Source: Tubulanus polymorphus (taxonomy: Eukaryota; Animalia; Nemertea). Taken from it: DNA of 64,000 nt. Positions 60,356-64,000 of this stretch are shown here, piece after piece (position 1 is the first letter of the stretch; each line of letters begins with the position of its first letter). The translations under genes and the position numbers were made by a program. A model generated the notes under the pieces. That model was not told where the DNA came from. It was given only the letters and a program-made list of their open reading frames with translations, and did not search any database. Location of the stretch: the NCBI RefSeq assembly GCF_964204645.1, contig NC_134034.1, forward strand, positions 7,290,914 through 7,354,913. Direction: 5' to 3'.

Positions 60356-62887
60356 TCAACCAGAGCCATACATTAAGAAACGATCATAACGTGTAGCGTG
60401 TGATTGCTGTAAATTATTCCGCATTTCTGGGGTACAATTTACCTGTGTGGGAACAAAGTTCTTATATCTTTTTTGAACACACTTTCGATTGAGATGGTAA
60501 TAAGTATTTTGTGGTTTATTGCTTTGAGTAGGTACACCAGTTATTTGATGTTTATAGAATCGGTAATCAATCTTTTTCAGGATCAGATCATTTGGGGGAT
60601 TTCTCTCACTTTCGTCAAATGGTACACCACAGCCATAACATTTTTTTATTTGATAACCGTGAAGAAAAGTTAACTGAAAGTCTGTTGAGGTACCGGTGGT
60701 ATTCGCTTCTGTAATATTTGTTACTGCGGGTGTTTGATTTCTGCGAGGATTGTTCCCCTTGCGACCAACAGAGAGCATATTTACATCGCAAGTGGCAACG
60801 GCCAGTCTATTTGGCTTTTTGCATGAAGATTTGTACCAATTTAAAAACTGACTTAATTTTCCAGACTTCTCACACACGGCAAGTATATGTGAACAAACAT
60901 AGTAATATTTATATCGTTTACAAGTGCAAGTTGATTTTGCAGTGCTTAAATACACCTGAACTTCATTATTATTTGTAGACGAGTAACTAATGGTGCTGAA
61001 CTTTAAAATAGTTGGGTCCCTACTAGGAGCAGGAGCTATGAGTGAATGGTTGCTAGTAAGCTCACAAGCCTTTTTCCACATGCCTTCAAAAACCGATTTA
61101 GTTATTGATGATACAAAGCTGTAAGCTTTGTCCAATGATATGGACAAAGATGTTTGGCTAGGGCGAACTGAGTTAAACTGATTGTGCAAGTGATGCAAAG
61201 TTAATAACCTGATGTCACTTAAACGTGAAGAACGCTGTTCAGGAGTCATTTGGAAGTAATTGATACGCAATGCATCTTTAAATTCATTGCGTACCTCATA
61301 TAATTCCGAGATTCCAGCATAAGCTTTTACTACCTCCTCTCGCTCAGACTCTATCATATGGCGGCAGGACTTAGTAAATGAACTCAGACCATGTTCTGTA
61401 GCTCCCATCCATTTTCGCATTCGCGAATTTGTAGCTTCAGAATCGTTAGTATAAAAGGTATCAGGTGGAGATCCAAGGCCAGCTTGTGATCGAACACCGG
61501 CTATCATATTTTCTTTAATGACTGGAATCAAGTCTGCAAAATATGTGCTAAATTGAGGGCAAACACGATCCCACCGACAGCGCAGCTCGGAGAATTTTTT
61601 TTTCTGCCGATGACGGTGTCAATTCATCAATTAGCCCTGAATTATTTTTATCGCCAAATATTTCAGCAAGAATTTTGATGATCTCATTACTATCACACCT
61701 GAGCTTTGACAATTTTAATTGACAATTTGCCATTAAATGCCTTGTGCAGCGCAAGTGTATGGCATCAGGCAAGGCACTATGGACAGCCGAACTCAACGCC
61801 GTTTCACCATCGGTGCCAAATGCTAATATGTTACTCAGTTCAGGGTACTTGCATATCAAGCAGCTAAACAATTTCCCATAAGCTTCTTGGGTTTTTTAAA
61901 ATGTACCAACATAGGCCCAGTAAATATAGGGTTTTTTTCCAGTCCGTTTGCATAATAAATGTTTATGCCTGTACGTTATTGGCGTTACATTAAATTTTCC
62001 AAATTTAAATGTTGGATCAACACTGATTGGATGGAAGTCTATAGGATCTGTGCAAAAGAAACCTATATCCTCAGCCTGCTGTGGTGTAAAGAGTACAACA
62101 TTTAAATTCGGACAAACCTCAATACTCTGTATAAAATCAGCTAGTTCACCACTCGCCAATTCCATCATGGCTGCAAGTTCATCTTCTTCATTGCAGTGAT
62201 GAACCTGTCTCGCGTTATGCTTTATTTTATAGGCTGATGCCAAGGTTGGCACGTCTGCCAGGCCATCCGCTTCAGAGAGAGGTGTCATGACAGCTTCTCT
62301 TGGAGACACACCAACTAACTTATCTTTAACTTTATTAATAACTTATGGCTTGATTCTAGTATAAGGCCTCTTACTTTTTTTGCTGTTGCCATGTGGTCGA
62401 ACGATGATTGGGTGGGGCTCACCATCAAAAGCATATGATATGAGTGCAGTGTCATTTACAGTCTTTCCCTGATTGTTGACAAAATAAACAATTTTCTTAG
62501 AAAAATCAGGATAGTCGGCATGTCTATAATAAATACGGACAATATGGTAATTGTCGCCAGAGCTACCCAAAGATAATTTTCTTTTAGACGTTATAGTGAT
62601 AGTATCAACTTGTTTTCTGACTGTCATTGTAGACTTGCCTTTATGTTCGTAAACACCATTGCTGTCACATTTTAATTCTTTCAAAGGTACATTCTCCAAA
62701 TCAATAAGGAAGAACACACTGTGACAAATATTGGCTGGCACTTTTTTACACTTTTTTTCGCTTTTCTTATGGCGAAGAACATTTCATTGATTGTGTGGTC
62801 TTTCTTACCATCGAAAAATATTGGTAACTGTTCATCACCCTTGTAATACCGGTATGTCTGAAAAGAAAAATATTTATAAAACAACAA
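60356..62887 (-). pseudogene. MULE-like transposase with SWIM zinc finger (frameshifted)
   Basis: VDPTF.FG.F.VT, AFGTDGE.AL, LRCTRHL, YTND.E..N, CTC......VCSH SWIM, C-terminal CYGCG...YHL...C. Confidence 0.8.
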
Positions 62888-64000
62888 GCAGTCTATCGCG
62901 TGATATAGCTCCGCTGCTTGTTAGATGGCCTTGATCCATATCGATGTGAAGAAATAAGTCCCACCCACAGGGGTCGCCCCTAGAGAACATTCATAGCAAA
63001 TTCATATCGATTTGAAGAAATAACAGTCCCAACGACAGGGCAAATGAGAAAAACAGCCCTCTTATTGGAGGTTCCATAGAAAATTCATAGCATTTGGAAT
63101 TGAAGGACTAGTAGGGAATTGATTGAATATATTCAGCCTAGTGAAGGAAAAATATTTGAGTTCAGTAGAAATAAGTCATAACGATTCAGAAACGAAACAT
63201 ACCTGGTCGTTTGCACTACTGTCATCTTCATTTGAATCTTGTTCAACATCTGATATGACATGAATAACTGGTGAACATCTTGAAAAAAAGTGTTACATTA
63301 AGTACTAGGTGTCAAAGATTTGAGGAAGGCAATAAAAATGTGTGGAATCAAAGAGTTATAATTGGGTAACAGATTGACTGAACTCAACCTGGATGGAATA
63401 AATAATACAACATACTGCATGACTATCATGATTTCGGCAAGATTATTGGTTAAAATAATGCATAATTATACTGTATTGTTCACTGGTTACAGCCACTGTT
63501 ACCACAGCCAATTTTCTTGGGGAAATATATATGGTTTCACCAATAAACAGAAAACAGTCACGTTAATACACATACACCTACCCTGAAATCGAGTTGCCAT
63601 CATCAGAGTCAGATATAATTATGGTGTCACGCTTGGATGAGTCCGATAATCTTACCATATCAGTGCATTTTGTTGAGACAGAATTTTCTCTGAGTTCACG
63701 AGACAATTCTGAAGCTTGAACATCACTGCGAAACAACAAAAAGAGATGTACGGTACTGGTATTATAGATATTGACAGCTCAAATATAAATAAATATAAAT
63801 ATAAATTTGTAGTGTCTCTGGAAGAAACATGTACATACCAATGATGGCATGCTGAAAATATCGTACTGTCGGAAAGACAGATGAATTGACGCAAACTTCA
63901 AAATCTTACCTTTCCCCGGACAGTTCTTCCATGTAATAGTCTAAGTGGGTCACCTGATGATCTGTCATTTCCTGGCGAGTGGCACACACAAAGCTGCACA

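Overview
Eukaryotic (animal, probably invertebrate) repeat-dense DNA with no recognisable host gene. It is dominated by endogenous Polinton/Maverick-like viruses. Family A is a near-complete ~22 kb copy (9391-31641: integrase, packaging ATPase, major and minor capsid, protein-primed PolB, HNH). Family B occurs as a fragment (4587-8050) and as a 13.6 kb head-to-head fold-back structure (43981-57586). A third, degraded terminus lies at ~39.8-42.3 kb. Interleaved are Ty3/Gypsy, BEL/Pao, L2/CR1 LINE, Harbinger, MULE and Helentron-type elements. The most notable signals link these elements to giant viruses/poxviruses (NCLDV): (i) a LAGLIDADG intein at the D|TD catalytic site of family B PolB, resembling the Mimivirus PolB intein, with an intein-free allele in family A; (ii) a VLTF3-like late transcription factor gene; (iii) a poxvirus-late-type TAAATG initiator at almost every viral start codon; (iv) a triplicated bZIP+HSE+ETS stress-type enhancer near the terminus. 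Together these suggest an endogenous virophage-like hyperparasite (inference). A minimal type I hammerhead ribozyme sits in a 143-bp insertion inside the Gypsy RT. Family assignments come from motif recognition by eye, not database searches.
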